This document shows, one piece after another, positions 36,441 to 45,959 of a stretch of DNA of 64,000 bases. The stretch covers positions 25,758 to 89,757 of the IMG/VR virus record IMGVR_UViG_3300033066_000386; one strand, given 5' to 3'. Made by a program: the position numbers and the translations under genes. This DNA is from a virus. Taxonomy: Duplodnaviria; Caudoviricetes. A model generated the notes under the pieces. That model ran no database searches, had not been told where the DNA came from, and saw only the letters and a program-made list of their open reading frames with translations. Each line of letters begins with the position of its first letter. Position 1 is the stretch's first letter.

Positions 36441-37390
36441 GGCTTGTTCTCCCCAAAGTATTTGCGATACCACTTAACCGTCTCTTTCAACCCATCCGCT
36501 AGCGTCCAATTGGGAACCCAGCCCAGCTTGGCACGGGCTTTTTGAGAGGAGAGATGCTGGGCCTGAATCTCGTTCGTGGCCTCGTTGCGGATATCGATTT
36601 TACAATACCTAGCGTCGGACATGAACAAGCCATGCATCTCAGCTAGAACGTTGACCACCATTTCTTTAGCGTCAATCGGCTCATCGTTGCTGAAGTTGAA
36701 TGCCTCACCGTTCTGCACCATGCCGAATGCCAGGCCCTCCGCTAAAGCAATGTAGGCGTTGACGGCATCCTCTACGTAGAAGTAGTCGCGGATTGGTGTA
36801 CCATCGCTACGAATAACGGGATTCTGACCTTGGAGTACACTACGAATGGTCCCTGGTACGATACGGTTCCAGTTGAGGTCCCCTCCCCCGTAGATATTAC
36901 CCATGCGTGCAATGGCAATGGGGAGGTCATAGGTTTTGGCGTAGCACTGGGAGATGAGGTCGGCACAGGCTTTGGAGCAATCATAGGGGTAGAGTCCTCG
37001 TAAGGGCGTGTTCTCGGTGTAGGGCAGGATGGGGGATTCGCCATACGCCTTGTCGGACGACACGGTAATTATCTGCTCAACTTTTCCGTGTCTTCGGCAG
37101 GCGTCGAGAACGTTCACCGTTCCCATTACGTTGGTGTCCATTGTCGATTTTGGATTTTTGATTGCCTCACCTACCTGCGACTGCGCGGCCAAATGAAAGA
37201 CTGTCTTGCTAATTTCGGTCAAGCGGTAAACGGCTTGGAGGATCGTTACGTCCATCTCTTCGTGGAGGCACAAATCAAGTCTCCAAACGAATGCCCCCAT
37301 CTCCTCCAGCTTCCTTACCAGCCATGATCCAACGAATCCGCTGGAGCCGGTGACGAGGACGGATCGATCTTTCCAGAATTCGGGTTTCAT
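36437..37390 (-). CDS. rfbG: CDP-glucose 4,6-dehydratase-like SDR
   Basis: FWKDRSVLVTGSSGFVGSWL, HLAAQ, SSDKAYG, YDCSK, ARMGNIYGGGDLNWNRIVP. Confidence 0.8.
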   Translation of the reverse strand: MKPEFWKDRSVLVTGSSGFVGSWLVRKLEEMGAFVWRLDLCLHEEMDVTILQAVYRLTEISKTVFHLAAQSQVGEAIKNPKSTMDTNVMGTVNVLDACRRHGKVEQIITVSSDKAYGESPILPYTENTPLRGLYPYDCSKACADLISQCYAKTYDLPIAIARMGNIYGGGDLNWNRIVPGTIRSVLQGQNPVIRSDGTPIRDYFYVEDAVNAYIALAEGLAFGMVQNGEAFNFSNDEPIDAKEMVVNVLAEMHGLFMSDARYCKIDIRNEATNEIQAQHLSSQKARAKLGWVPNWTLADGLKETVKWYRKYFGENKP

Positions 37391-37436
37391 TGCTTTGCTC
37401 CAATCGAGTTAGGCTCGCGCGAGTAAATACGGGTAA

Positions 37437-37679
37437 TTACCCCTCCACTTTCTTCATCGGGCAAGATGGATGATGCCCGCAAGCGCCTGGGTCATTGCTG
37501 GCCCCGCAATCACACTTCGGGGAGTTGTCGTCTACCGGCTGTAACGCTTCTCTGGCAAGCTTCAAAGCATCGTAGAGAACGTCGTGGTCATTGCTTGTCA
37601 GCATGTAGCCGATGGTCCAATCTAGCTGAACCAACCTCTCACAAGCTTGCTGACACAAATCCAAGTTTACTTTATCCAC
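37437..37679 (-). CDS. hypothetical protein with C-terminal Cys motif
   Basis: GTG start within end of rfbF; CDCG...HHPSC. Confidence 0.45.
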   Translation of the reverse strand: MDKVNLDLCQQACERLVQLDWTIGYMLTSNDHDVLYDALKLAREALQPVDDNSPKCDCGASNDPGACGHHPSCPMKKVEG

Positions 37680-38464
37680 GGTGCATTCCCTTCCTTCCAC
37701 ATTTGGTTGAGTTCTGCCAAATCCTTCGAGGTATCGCACGATGCGAAGAACCCCTTGTGACGATACGCCATGAGGTCGCTCGTCTCGGCCATGTCCTTGA
37801 GAGTGTCTTCGAGTGGACCCTTGCTTAATCGATCCAGGATGCCCCTATTGAACACGAAGAACCCCGCATTGACCCATTCATCGGTTTGGGGCTTTTCCTT
37901 GAAGGAGAGGACCGTATCGGCAGCTAGGATGTAGCCTTGGGCATCGGTATAGGTTCGGTCGTTGATGTCCAAGACCCCGTACTTGGATCGGGGCTGGACG
38001 GCTACCAGGGTTGCCATGCGTCCGTGAGTGCGATGGAAATCCACCACCTCTTGAATGTCCACATTGGATAGTCCATCCCCGTAGGTGCAAAGGAAGGTGG
38101 GTTCGGTGATGTAGTCGCGCAGTCTTAACAGCCTCTCACCCGTTTGGGATTCCATGCCGGTGTCCACCATCGTGACCTTGAACGAGTCCTTTTCGTCCAT
38201 TGGGTCGCCGTGGTACTTCATGGCCCCGATGTTGGAGATGGTGTAAGGATGCTGCATCATCGGGTACTCGAAGAAATAGCGCTTTATCATATCGCCCTTG
38301 TAGCCCAAGGCCATGATGAAGTGGCGGTAGGATCTAAGCATGTACCCTTCCATAATGTGCTTGATGATGGGCTTGTTGCCGATCTCGACCATGCATTTGG
38401 GCTTGTATTCCGTCTCCTCCCTCATCCTAGTCCCTAGGCCACCACATAGAATTACCGTTTTCAC
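37667..38464 (-). CDS. rfbF: glucose-1-phosphate cytidylyltransferase
   Basis: VKTVILCGGLGTRMREETEYKPKCMVEIG...LGYKGDMIKRYF...VDTG..SQTGERL...TYGDGLSN...NAGFFV...YRHKGFF. Confidence 0.92.
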   Translation of the reverse strand: MKTVILCGGLGTRMREETEYKPKCMVEIGNKPIIKHIMEGYMLRSYRHFIMALGYKGDMIKRYFFEYPMMQHPYTISNIGAMKYHGDPMDEKDSFKVTMVDTGMESQTGERLLRLRDYITEPTFLCTYGDGLSNVDIQEVVDFHRTHGRMATLVAVQPRSKYGVLDINDRTYTDAQGYILAADTVLSFKEKPQTDEWVNAGFFVFNRGILDRLSKGPLEDTLKDMAETSDLMAYRHKGFFASCDTSKDLAELNQMWKEGNAPWIK

Positions 38465-38661
38465 TGCCTGCTCCTCTTGTTGAATTCCATTGCCAATCGA
38501 TTCAATTCTAGCACGCACTCATGCCAGTCCTCGACCATGATTTGCTTGAACCGCATGCCGATGGGCAATGATGGGCGGCAATCGTGAGCGGACTGCCACA
38601 TGTCGCTGGCACACCTCACACAGTTGTCAATCGTCTTGGAATCCACTTGAACGAAGATCAT
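38461..38661 (-). CDS. hypothetical protein
   Basis: 66-aa ORF coupled to rfbF (GTGA). Confidence 0.45.
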   Translation of the reverse strand: MIFVQVDSKTIDNCVRCASDMWQSAHDCRPSLPIGMRFKQIMVEDWHECVLELNRLAMEFNKRSRQ

Positions 38662-38663
38662 GG

Positions 38664-39038
38664 TTAAGCATTTCTTGTCGCGCGAGTAACGGAGTCAAAA
38701 TCGGCCATCGCCCTGTCACGGGTGGAATACCTACGCTGGTTCCCCTCCTGTGTGCCTTCGGTCAGAGCGTTGAATATGGTTGGGGGCAATTCGTAAATGC
38801 AATCGCTTTCCGACTCCGCAAGATACCACACATAGGTATCTGCCAGCACCCCCACGCTATAGAATGGCTCCTTGACCTGACTCACGATCTCCGCTTTCGG
38901 TTCCGATTCCAAGGCGGAAAGAACCGCATCGGCGTAAGCCAATCCCTTGACTGCGGCATCCTTGGGGGATAGCCCGGAGTAGATGATCGGCCACATGAAC
39001 TGCCTCACCAAATCGTATCGTTGCTCTTCTTTGGTCAT
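38664..39038 (-). CDS. hypothetical protein
   Basis: KDAAVKGLAYADAVLSAL motif shared with 44018..44311. Confidence 0.55.
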   Translation of the reverse strand: MTKEEQRYDLVRQFMWPIIYSGLSPKDAAVKGLAYADAVLSALESEPKAEIVSQVKEPFYSVGVLADTYVWYLAESESDCIYELPPTIFNALTEGTQEGNQRRYSTRDRAMADFDSVTRATRNA

Positions 39039-39403
39039 GACTTCTCCTTGAGCTTGATCCCTAGTGCCCTGCACAGACGCCGCACATCTCCACGGGTCGG
39101 ATTGTCCTTGACGACGGATGTTCCGATTGTCAAGCACGGAGCAAGATTGCCACACGCAGGACACCATGCCAAATCTAGCCCAGACTTAGACGCCAGCAGC
39201 AATGCGTATCTCTTCCAGGGGCAAGGCGGCAGGTGCGGCCCAAACATTGCTTCCAACCATTCTTCTGTTACAGGCTCACCGTCATCTAAGAGGTGTTCGG
39301 CTAGATGCTCCTTCGCCAACATCACGCCAGCGTTGTCGTACCGATTGCTAATGCTATTTTTGGACATGAGCAGCTTAGCCGCCGCTCTCAATTCTTCGCT
39401 CAT
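39035..39403 (-). CDS. hypothetical protein
   Basis: NPTRGDVRRLCRALGI C-terminus; coupled overlaps. Confidence 0.55.
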   Translation of the reverse strand: MSEELRAAAKLLMSKNSISNRYDNAGVMLAKEHLAEHLLDDGEPVTEEWLEAMFGPHLPPCPWKRYALLLASKSGLDLAWCPACGNLAPCLTIGTSVVKDNPTRGDVRRLCRALGIKLKEKS

Positions 39404-40191
39404 TGAATCCCCCCTTTCAGTAGCTCAACGCACCAGCAACCAACAACGTGCCGCACAGGGCGATTGCCTGTGCCGTTGCAGTCATCACATCTCTGTTTAC
39501 ATTGCAAGCGATCATCCTCGTCGTAGAATCTAGCCCCCTCACCATCGCAATGCGGACACGGCTCCGTCCCTCGCAGGTGATCCAGAATCGCCGCCTCCGC
39601 ACAGCCCGCTTCCTCAAGAACATCACCAAGGATCGGCAGCATGGCCCATTGCGGTTCATCGCGAGGGATGACATTGGTTCCTTTGCATTGCGGGCAATAT
39701 TCGTCGCACAAATGAAGTTCCAATTGGTTGCCACTCGCAACAGTATAACTCGGAACCGGGACGGTCCAACGATTCTCGTTGTCGCACTCTTCCTCCATCA
39801 TCGCACGAATCAAGTTCGGGATGGTGGCGTTGTTCCAGGTGAGCCATGCGGGGTCAAACTCAATCGAGTTGGGTGGCTTTTCTTCCCACAACCATTGAGG
39901 AATAGCCACATTACTCCTCCAGAATTCACCTTCACGGCGCACGATGGGCCGAAATGGATTCCCGATGATCTCACGGAGAATGTCCGCGCGAAGTTCCGCA
40001 GGCAATAACTCACGGAAGTTGCACCATTCCGCAAATCGACCTGCATCCGCCTCTGCCATATTGCCAGGAACGCCTAATGCCTCTCTGCACGCCTCCACGA
40101 AGAACCGCATCTGCCGTTCCGTTACCCGATCACAGATGAAGGCGTGCATTGCCTGCGGATCGGTCGAAGATAACCACTGATTCTCCGTCAT
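39400..40191 (-). CDS. Gemmataceae-type repetitive family protein with zinc-ribbon insertions
   Basis: MTENQWL..TDP...LREIIGNPFRP...FDPAWLTW...LPILGDVLEEAGC...ILDHLRG...HVVGCWCVELL. Confidence 0.65.
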   Translation of the reverse strand: MTENQWLSSTDPQAMHAFICDRVTERQMRFFVEACREALGVPGNMAEADAGRFAEWCNFRELLPAELRADILREIIGNPFRPIVRREGEFWRSNVAIPQWLWEEKPPNSIEFDPAWLTWNNATIPNLIRAMMEEECDNENRWTVPVPSYTVASGNQLELHLCDEYCPQCKGTNVIPRDEPQWAMLPILGDVLEEAGCAEAAILDHLRGTEPCPHCDGEGARFYDEDDRLQCKQRCDDCNGTGNRPVRHVVGCWCVELLKGGIQ

Positions 40192-40757
40192 GACTTCTCC
40201 TTCGGGCAATCGCAAGCCATGTTGTCTGCGTACCTATTGCAGCACACGGATTTCAACGCTACTTGTTTGCCAGTCACTTCTGGAGGCGGATCGTCTCCAC
40301 GTCGGTATTCGTATCCAGGTGGTGGAATAAACTCGTGTCTGATGTTCCTACCGACCCAATCAATACCCTCAGTGGCACGCATCCAATAATACCCCGCTGG
40401 AAGTTTCTCATGTCCAGGTGGAGGGTACAACTTGTTGCGAATGTAGTCGATGACACTGATCTGGTTCATGTCCTTGACAACAAGGTAACTGAGGTTGTTG
40501 CAAACCACGCCAAGTACCCGCTCACGCTCGGACTCATCCCGCTCCTTCTCGCGGGATTCGAGGGCGGCAATAATGTTTTTAGTGAACGGCTCGTTTTCTT
40601 TAACAGTTTCACGTATCGTCTTCATTGCTTCTCTTTTCTTAATAAGTCCCACGTACCTTTCCGCATCCGATTTGTTGGTGGATATACCAACCAGTTCTTG
40701 ACACGGAGCATCCGAATAAACACACCACATGCCGCTGCCGTTTGGTCCAATAGTCAT
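40188..40757 (-). CDS. hypothetical protein
   Basis: 190-aa ORF, coupled overlaps. Confidence 0.5.
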   Translation of the reverse strand: MTIGPNGSGMWCVYSDAPCQELVGISTNKSDAERYVGLIKKREAMKTIRETVKENEPFTKNIIAALESREKERDESERERVLGVVCNNLSYLVVKDMNQISVIDYIRNKLYPPPGHEKLPAGYYWMRATEGIDWVGRNIRHEFIPPPGYEYRRGDDPPPEVTGKQVALKSVCCNRYADNMACDCPKEKS

Positions 40758-41225
40758 GACACGTTCCTCCCCACGAATGCCAACGTCCACCACACGAACA
40801 ATGATACACCACCTCCGATGAGCATCTGGCCCACGTCTGGGTATCCGCCCATTGCCCTACAAGCGGAGAAGATTAGAATCATGCCCCATTGATTATCGTC
40901 GGGTGTTTGCCAACTCATGAAGTGATTTCCAGTCGCGCGAGTAAAAATGAATGGGTCTTCCGTGACCCGAAGTCCCCCAATCCTCAGTTGCTCTGGCCGG
41001 TTACGATCCGGCTCCGTTTGCTCAAACGTATTAGCTTTCGGATAGGCAGGCAAACGTATTCCTGCACTTGCGTGTCACCATCCACGCCGCAGAGCAAGCA
41101 GCCGGATTCTCTCCATCCGGCGTAAGTCACGCCATATTAATTTTGGGTTGCATACCCGGCTGTCCCGCTAGCAGGGACGCATCTCTTCGGCGTTCAAGTT
41201 TCCGCTTCCATCAATGCTAACGTAG

Positions 41226-41429
41226 TCAACGTACCTGACACTGACCGTTGCTGCATCCACCGGAGAAGATTCCGGCCACTCGATGCGTAACCGCGCGGAT
41301 CGGTTGAGCATTGCTCGCACCGCATCCACCACGGTTGGCACGTAGACGCTGGAATAATCGGGCCTCTGCTTCCGTAGAAGCAAACGCTGACACTACGGCT
41401 ACTGCACAAATCAAAAACAACATACGCAT
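41226..41429 (-). CDS. small secreted Cys/Gly-rich peptide
   Basis: Signal peptide MRMLFLICAVAVVSAFASTEAEA; RLFQRLR...CSNGQC. Confidence 0.55.
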   Translation of the reverse strand: MRMLFLICAVAVVSAFASTEAEARLFQRLRANRGGCGASNAQPIRAVTHRVAGIFSGGCSNGQCQVR

Positions 41430-41514
41430 ACCAAACCTCCTTGAAAAAGGGCGAAACAAAGCCCAGCCGCAACGAGCGGACTGGGCACGCACCGCAAGGA
41501 AATCCTTGCTCACC

Positions 41515-42003
41515 TCAATATCCTTTTAGCGTCTGTTCCACCAACGCAATCAAGTCGTCGCTAATCGACTCATTCGCATTCTTGAAATTTCCTCCAGCAT
41601 TCTCGTACTCCGCAAAAGCAGAGTTGTAGGAATCAATCGCCTCTCCCCACTTTTCCAAGGCATACGATGCCGCCGCCGCTTCCACATGCGTTGTACCCGA
41701 ATCGATGCATCCATCACCGGCAACAATGTATCCATCACACGACGCTACTTGTGTATCGAGCTTCGTGAATGATAACCCCAAGAAGAACGCATCCGTCTCG
41801 TTCAGACAGCCCTTGACGGCGAGATACTTGGCATATGACGCCGCGATCCTTGCCGTCTGGAAGTCACGGCTCTTCTTTGCCCCAGCCATGTAATCCACCG
41901 CACTAACCGCAGAATCGCCAGCACTCTTTTGGGCAGCATCCGCCCCAGCCTTCGTTGGTGGGACCATCGCCACAACTAGAAACGCGCACATTAACGAATT
42001 CAT
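41515..42003 (-). CDS. putative exported Ala-rich helical protein
   Basis: N-terminal hydrophobic segment; 162 aa. Confidence 0.55.
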   Translation of the reverse strand: MNSLMCAFLVVAMVPPTKAGADAAQKSAGDSAVSAVDYMAGAKKSRDFQTARIAASYAKYLAVKGCLNETDAFFLGLSFTKLDTQVASCDGYIVAGDGCIDSGTTHVEAAAASYALEKWGEAIDSYNSAFAEYENAGGNFKNANESISDDLIALVEQTLKGY

Positions 42004-42082
42004 CTGAAACTCCCTTCCTAAAGAAACTCAAAACTAGTCAATCTCTACTATCCCATCGTCTGTTATTCCTTCTCCTTAGGTA

Positions 42083-42310
42083 TTAGCCACAACGCAAGGT
42101 GTCTTCCTTCACTCCCATTATCGCATCCCTCACCCACCGCTCCGCCTCCCCTTCCGTGACATGCTTGCTAACCGGCTCCGTGGCGTCAATCGTATCACGG
42201 ATGGCCACGAACTTGATGCACTCCAAGTCCACCCTTAGCACCACCCACTCCCCATTGCGTTTCTCCACACGGTAGGGAATGCGGTATCCAATGTTGACGG
42301 CACGGGGCAT
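42083..42310 (-). CDS. hypothetical protein
   Basis: 75-aa ORF with SD ggag. Confidence 0.5.
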   Translation of the reverse strand: MPRAVNIGYRIPYRVEKRNGEWVVLRVDLECIKFVAIRDTIDATEPVSKHVTEGEAERWVRDAIMGVKEDTLRCG

Positions 42311-42349
42311 AATTTAAACTCCATTCTTAGTCGCGCGACCTTAACTGTC

Positions 42350-43090
42350 TCACGCAATCCAGAACTGCTTTGTACCACGTTCGCCCACCCATAAGGCCAA
42401 AGCACATGCCAGGACCATGTCGTCATGCTCGGCTTCCCGCCACACGTCGGCGGCATCGTCCCCCGCCTTGTCCTTGCGAATCTCGTACTTGAAATTCTCG
42501 AACTCCTTGAGCAATGTAGCACATGAGGGTATCCGCTTCTCGATTGACAGCCTGCCCGTGCCCATCAAGGCTTGCAACACTGATACCAATTCCTTCTTTG
42601 GCACTTTCCACCCCGCTCCATCAGGATTTACCGTGTTGCCTCCAGTAATCGATATGGGACGGATACTAGCCCGATGAAGTGAGGTTGCTTCCTTCTTCAT
42701 CTCGTTGACCACGATCTCCAGTACCGCATTGCCCACCCCGGTCTTATCCACGGCCAGGATGGTTCCTCCTAGCCCGCCTTGCTCTACTGGCTTGCTATAC
42801 GCTTTGGCCAACCATGAGGCGATCTTGTAATAGTCCGTACCCAACTCCCATCGGTCCATGCGGATGAGGTTGTACTTCCAATCCCGCTTCTGATTCCCGA
42901 ATACGGACAAGGGCTTGATTGCGGATAGCGAGGTTGTCTTGCTCCCACCCTCATCCACCACCACAACACCCGGATTCTTGACGATGGGACGTGTCCGCTC
43001 GAATACGGCGAAGGCAGTGTAGTCGGAAATTTTTCCGAGATCACACCCGCTGATGATTTGTCGTTCAGTCTCTTTGGGGGAATCGCTCAT
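42350..43090 (-). CDS. terminase large subunit, stand-alone C-terminal RNase H-like nuclease domain
   Basis: ISGCDLGKISDYTAFAV...LAVDKTGVGNAV...ISITGG...VPKKELVS...HDDMVLACALALW. Confidence 0.85.
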   Translation of the reverse strand: MSDSPKETERQIISGCDLGKISDYTAFAVFERTRPIVKNPGVVVVDEGGSKTTSLSAIKPLSVFGNQKRDWKYNLIRMDRWELGTDYYKIASWLAKAYSKPVEQGGLGGTILAVDKTGVGNAVLEIVVNEMKKEATSLHRASIRPISITGGNTVNPDGAGWKVPKKELVSVLQALMGTGRLSIEKRIPSCATLLKEFENFKYEIRKDKAGDDAADVWREAEHDDMVLACALALWVGERGTKQFWIA

Positions 43091-43578
43091 CGGTTGTTAC
43101 TCGCTCGAGTAGGTACGCCATTCCAAGGGTAGCCTAGCGACCCGAAGTATACGCCTTCTGGCACCGGCAACTGCCTTGACCTGAGCCAAATGGAATTCAA
43201 GCTCCCAGCGGTGTCGTCGATGAAGATGACTTTCTTGTTTTCGATTACGCACAGTTCCAATGCCTTCGTCCGTGCTTCTCTTTCAACTTCGTAGCATAGG
43301 ACTGGGATGCCGAACAATCTAGCGTCAAGCCAATTGGGCTGCTCAATGTCGCTTGAACCAATCGTCTTAATCACAATGTCCAACCCCTGCTTCGATGCCA
43401 CGATGTAATCGATCTTGGCTAGAGGGTTCTTGGCCATCTCGTCCTTGACCTTGTTCATCGTCTCCATGAGCTTAGCGTAGTTCCAATCAGACGTGGAGTT
43501 GCTTGTCGTCGTTGTGCAGGTATCCACAATAACTCTCCTACTCGAAATAGAGTTTGTACGTCCACTCGTCACCGCCAA
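43087..43578 (-). CDS. hypothetical protein
   Basis: ORF coupled to terminase nuclease gene; start uncertain. Confidence 0.45.
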   Translation of the reverse strand: MAVTSGRTNSISSRRVIVDTCTTTTSNSTSDWNYAKLMETMNKVKDEMAKNPLAKIDYIVASKQGLDIVIKTIGSSDIEQPNWLDARLFGIPVLCYEVEREARTKALELCVIENKKVIFIDDTAGSLNSIWLRSRQLPVPEGVYFGSLGYPWNGVPTRASNNR

Positions 43579-43873
43579 CCTGTTCCACCCTCATGCACTT
43601 CTTGTCAGGAAAGAATGGATGCGACTGCCCTATTATCAAGGCGACTTCAAGATTAGAAAGACGATGATCGAACCTAGCCAAGGAAGTCATCTTGGAGTTC
43701 GATAAGTGATGGCCGACTAGAACTGGCTTTCTGTTGTCCACCAACTCATAGGCAACGTACCCATCGTGTTCCTTACCATCGTCCTTGAAGGAAAGACCGT
43801 GATCGGCCAGAGCCAAGTTCACTGCCCGCATGATGTCTTCAGCCGAGTCATCGTATTGAATCTTAAGCCACAT
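43538..43873 (-). CDS. hypothetical protein
   Basis: 111-aa ORF. Confidence 0.5.
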   Translation of the reverse strand: MWLKIQYDDSAEDIMRAVNLALADHGLSFKDDGKEHDGYVAYELVDNRKPVLVGHHLSNSKMTSLARFDHRLSNLEVALIIGQSHPFFPDKKCMRVEQVGGDEWTYKLYFE

Positions 43874-44017
43874 ACTTCACCCCCGCCTCTTTCATGTCTC
43901 GGTACAGGTCCGCACCACTTCCACCCACTTCGACCTCTTGTGTGATCGACTCAATCTTGTGGTTCTCATCCAGCATCACCGTTACCCGCCACAGTCCAGA
44001 CGGCATCAGTTGTGCTT

Positions 44018-44311
44018 TCATCCTTCCAGCCTTTCTAGTAGGGCGTCAGCGTACAGCACCGCATCTTCCGCCACTACTTTAGGGTCGCTATCGTTCAATT
44101 CCCCTGACAATAACCCTTGCATTGCGGCTACGGCAGCCTCGAACCTCATTCTAGTGCGGTCTCTCTCAAGCCGTTCCTTGCGGATGTTGCCCCACTCTAT
44201 CATTGTGTAATCACCACTGCTCATGATCGATTCTCCATATGTAGTCGCGAGTTGTGCCTTCATTTGCATTTCCTCCATTCCCACCGAACCACTCCCGTCG
44301 CTGGGTCGCAT
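44018..44311 (-). CDS. conserved phage hypothetical protein
   Basis: FEAAVAAMQGLLS...AEDAVLYADALLERL, a common phage small-protein motif; start uncertain. Confidence 0.6.
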   Translation of the reverse strand: MRPSDGSGSVGMEEMQMKAQLATTYGESIMSSGDYTMIEWGNIRKERLERDRTRMRFEAAVAAMQGLLSGELNDSDPKVVAEDAVLYADALLERLEG

Positions 44312-44469
44312 ACATACGCAGCGGCCCCGGGTTCGATTGCTTCGGATTTGAACTGATGCACCTTTACCTCGTTAGAGTGGTTGACGAACATTCCCGTAGC
44401 TACCATGCCCACAAGAGCAATCGTAAAGGCAAAGGCTACCCAAGCGATTGTCGGTGTTGACCCTTCCAT
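44260..44469 (-). CDS. small membrane protein
   Basis: N-terminal TM helix. Confidence 0.5.
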   Translation of the reverse strand: MEGSTPTIAWVAFAFTIALVGMVATGMFVNHSNEVKVHQFKSEAIEPGAAAYVCDPATGVVRWEWRKCK

Positions 44470-44514
44470 AATTCACTCCCATGTATAGTCGCGCGAGTGA
44501 GCTTCGCTTAAAAA

Positions 44515-45018
44515 TCATTCAACGTCACGATTGGCAATGTGTTCTTCCGTCAAGACGCGAACGCTCACGTCTAAGAACTTAGTTCGTGCTTCATTCGTCA
44601 GGGTCCACTTCTGGCCGTCTTTGGCGAACCAGCCACACATCAGGGCGTCCATTGCCACGGCTCCGGTTAGGTGAAGGCGTGCGGCGATGGATTCAACGTC
44701 TTGAGGACCATTGAAAGCGATGAGGCAGGCAATCAGCTTGCGCACTTCCAATTTGTAATCCACGATGCCGCCCTGCTCACGCACCACCTCTTCACGGCTG
44801 GTTGACGTGGTGGTGGCGTTGAGCATGTCGATGATTAGCTTTGCAGACTTGGTATCGCCGCCCTTGGCCTTATCGACTTGCACGCCCACGATCTCCTGCA
44901 TGTCACCCTCGCTCACCGTCTTGAGCATGGTGTAAAGCAGATTCTTCCGTAGTGCGTCAATGGCCGACACCGGAACGGATTCCGATATCTCAGACAACTT
45001 CATTTTTCCCTTGCTCAT
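44515..45018 (-). CDS. hypothetical protein with C-terminal winged helix
   Basis: KAKGGDTKSAKLIID; NGPQDVESIAARLHL...WF. Confidence 0.55.
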   Translation of the reverse strand: MSKGKMKLSEISESVPVSAIDALRKNLLYTMLKTVSEGDMQEIVGVQVDKAKGGDTKSAKLIIDMLNATTTSTSREEVVREQGGIVDYKLEVRKLIACLIAFNGPQDVESIAARLHLTGAVAMDALMCGWFAKDGQKWTLTNEARTKFLDVSVRVLTEEHIANRDVE

Positions 45019-45646
45019 TTGCTCGACCCTCCAGTATTTTCAACGACTTAATGCTAAGTTGGTAAAGCCTTTTGTTTCCCGATTCCACCCTATTCAACAA
45101 ATCTTTGTCAAACAAATGCTTGATGCCCCTACTGGATGTCAACACAGTTATTTCCAAGGCGTTAGCTATGTCTTTTACACTTGCTGGCAGACCAATTTCA
45201 GCGAATGCGTTCCAAATTCTGACAGCATTGTACTTTGTTCCTTCAGGTAATCCGGATCTTTTGGCGAACTTATTAACCACCTCACGGTACTCATCTCTGA
45301 CCTTTTTGGTGGAGCAGTACTTGCAGTCAACTCCCCTCCTTAAGGAAGCTCCATCTACTTCTTTAATTTCTTGACAGCCTTCACATTGGCATACCCACAG
45401 TATAGACTTACCTATCTTCCTGCTTTTTGCTATCACTGTTCGGCTTCCAAACTTTCTCCCAATCATGCCTATCTTTTTACACTCGCAACACGATTTTCGG
45501 AGACCTTTTAGTAAGTAGTCACACCTGATTTCTTTAACGGTTCCGCATTCGCACTGACACACCCAATGATCTAAGCCGTATTTTCTTTCTCCTTTGTGGA
45601 GAACTGTCCATTTCCCAAACTTTTCACCCGTCAAATCCCTTCCCAT
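44990..45646 (-). CDS. HNH-endonuclease-associated repeat protein with winged helix
   Basis: Two DLTGEKFGKWTV...WVCQCECG / FGSRTV...WVCQC repeats; no clear HNH core; AT-richer. Confidence 0.6.
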   Translation of the reverse strand: MGRDLTGEKFGKWTVLHKGERKYGLDHWVCQCECGTVKEIRCDYLLKGLRKSCCECKKIGMIGRKFGSRTVIAKSRKIGKSILWVCQCEGCQEIKEVDGASLRRGVDCKYCSTKKVRDEYREVVNKFAKRSGLPEGTKYNAVRIWNAFAEIGLPASVKDIANALEITVLTSSRGIKHLFDKDLLNRVESGNKRLYQLSIKSLKILEGRANEQGKNEVV

Positions 45647-45672
45647 GCTACACCCCGATTCTACTCGCGCGA

Positions 45673-45948
45673 CTACACATGACTTTTGGCAAACGGATTT
45701 ATGACCTTCCTGAGCATCGCCGCCACTTCCTCTTCGGTCAATCCAAAATGGATGATGACGCTCTTTAACGTCCATGTCTCAAACACATCATCCCAATTTC
45801 GGTCGAACCAGTCTTCTTTCTTCCCACGCTTAGTGGCCTTTCGGCAAGCCCAGACGAACCTGCGTTTTTGGTTGAGAGTGATCCTGTTCTTACAAAACCC
45901 AGCCATCTCAACCAAGTTCGTTGATGTTTTCCATTCTTGCTCTGTCAT
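45673..45948 (-). CDS. protein resembling N-terminus of the 39400..40191 family
   Basis: MTEQEWKTSTNLVEM...KRRFVWACR. Confidence 0.5.
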   Translation of the reverse strand: MTEQEWKTSTNLVEMAGFCKNRITLNQKRRFVWACRKATKRGKKEDWFDRNWDDVFETWTLKSVIIHFGLTEEEVAAMLRKVINPFAKSHV

Positions 45949-45959
45949 CTCATTAGCCC

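Noticed and set aside
28086-38464. Host LPS operon or prophage boundary
   Set aside because: Genes are interleaved and translationally coupled with phage micro-ORFs, carry the phage palindrome, and lack wzx/wzy
44321-44345. tRNA T-loop-like GGGTTCGATT
   Set aside because: It lies inside a CDS with no cloverleaf context
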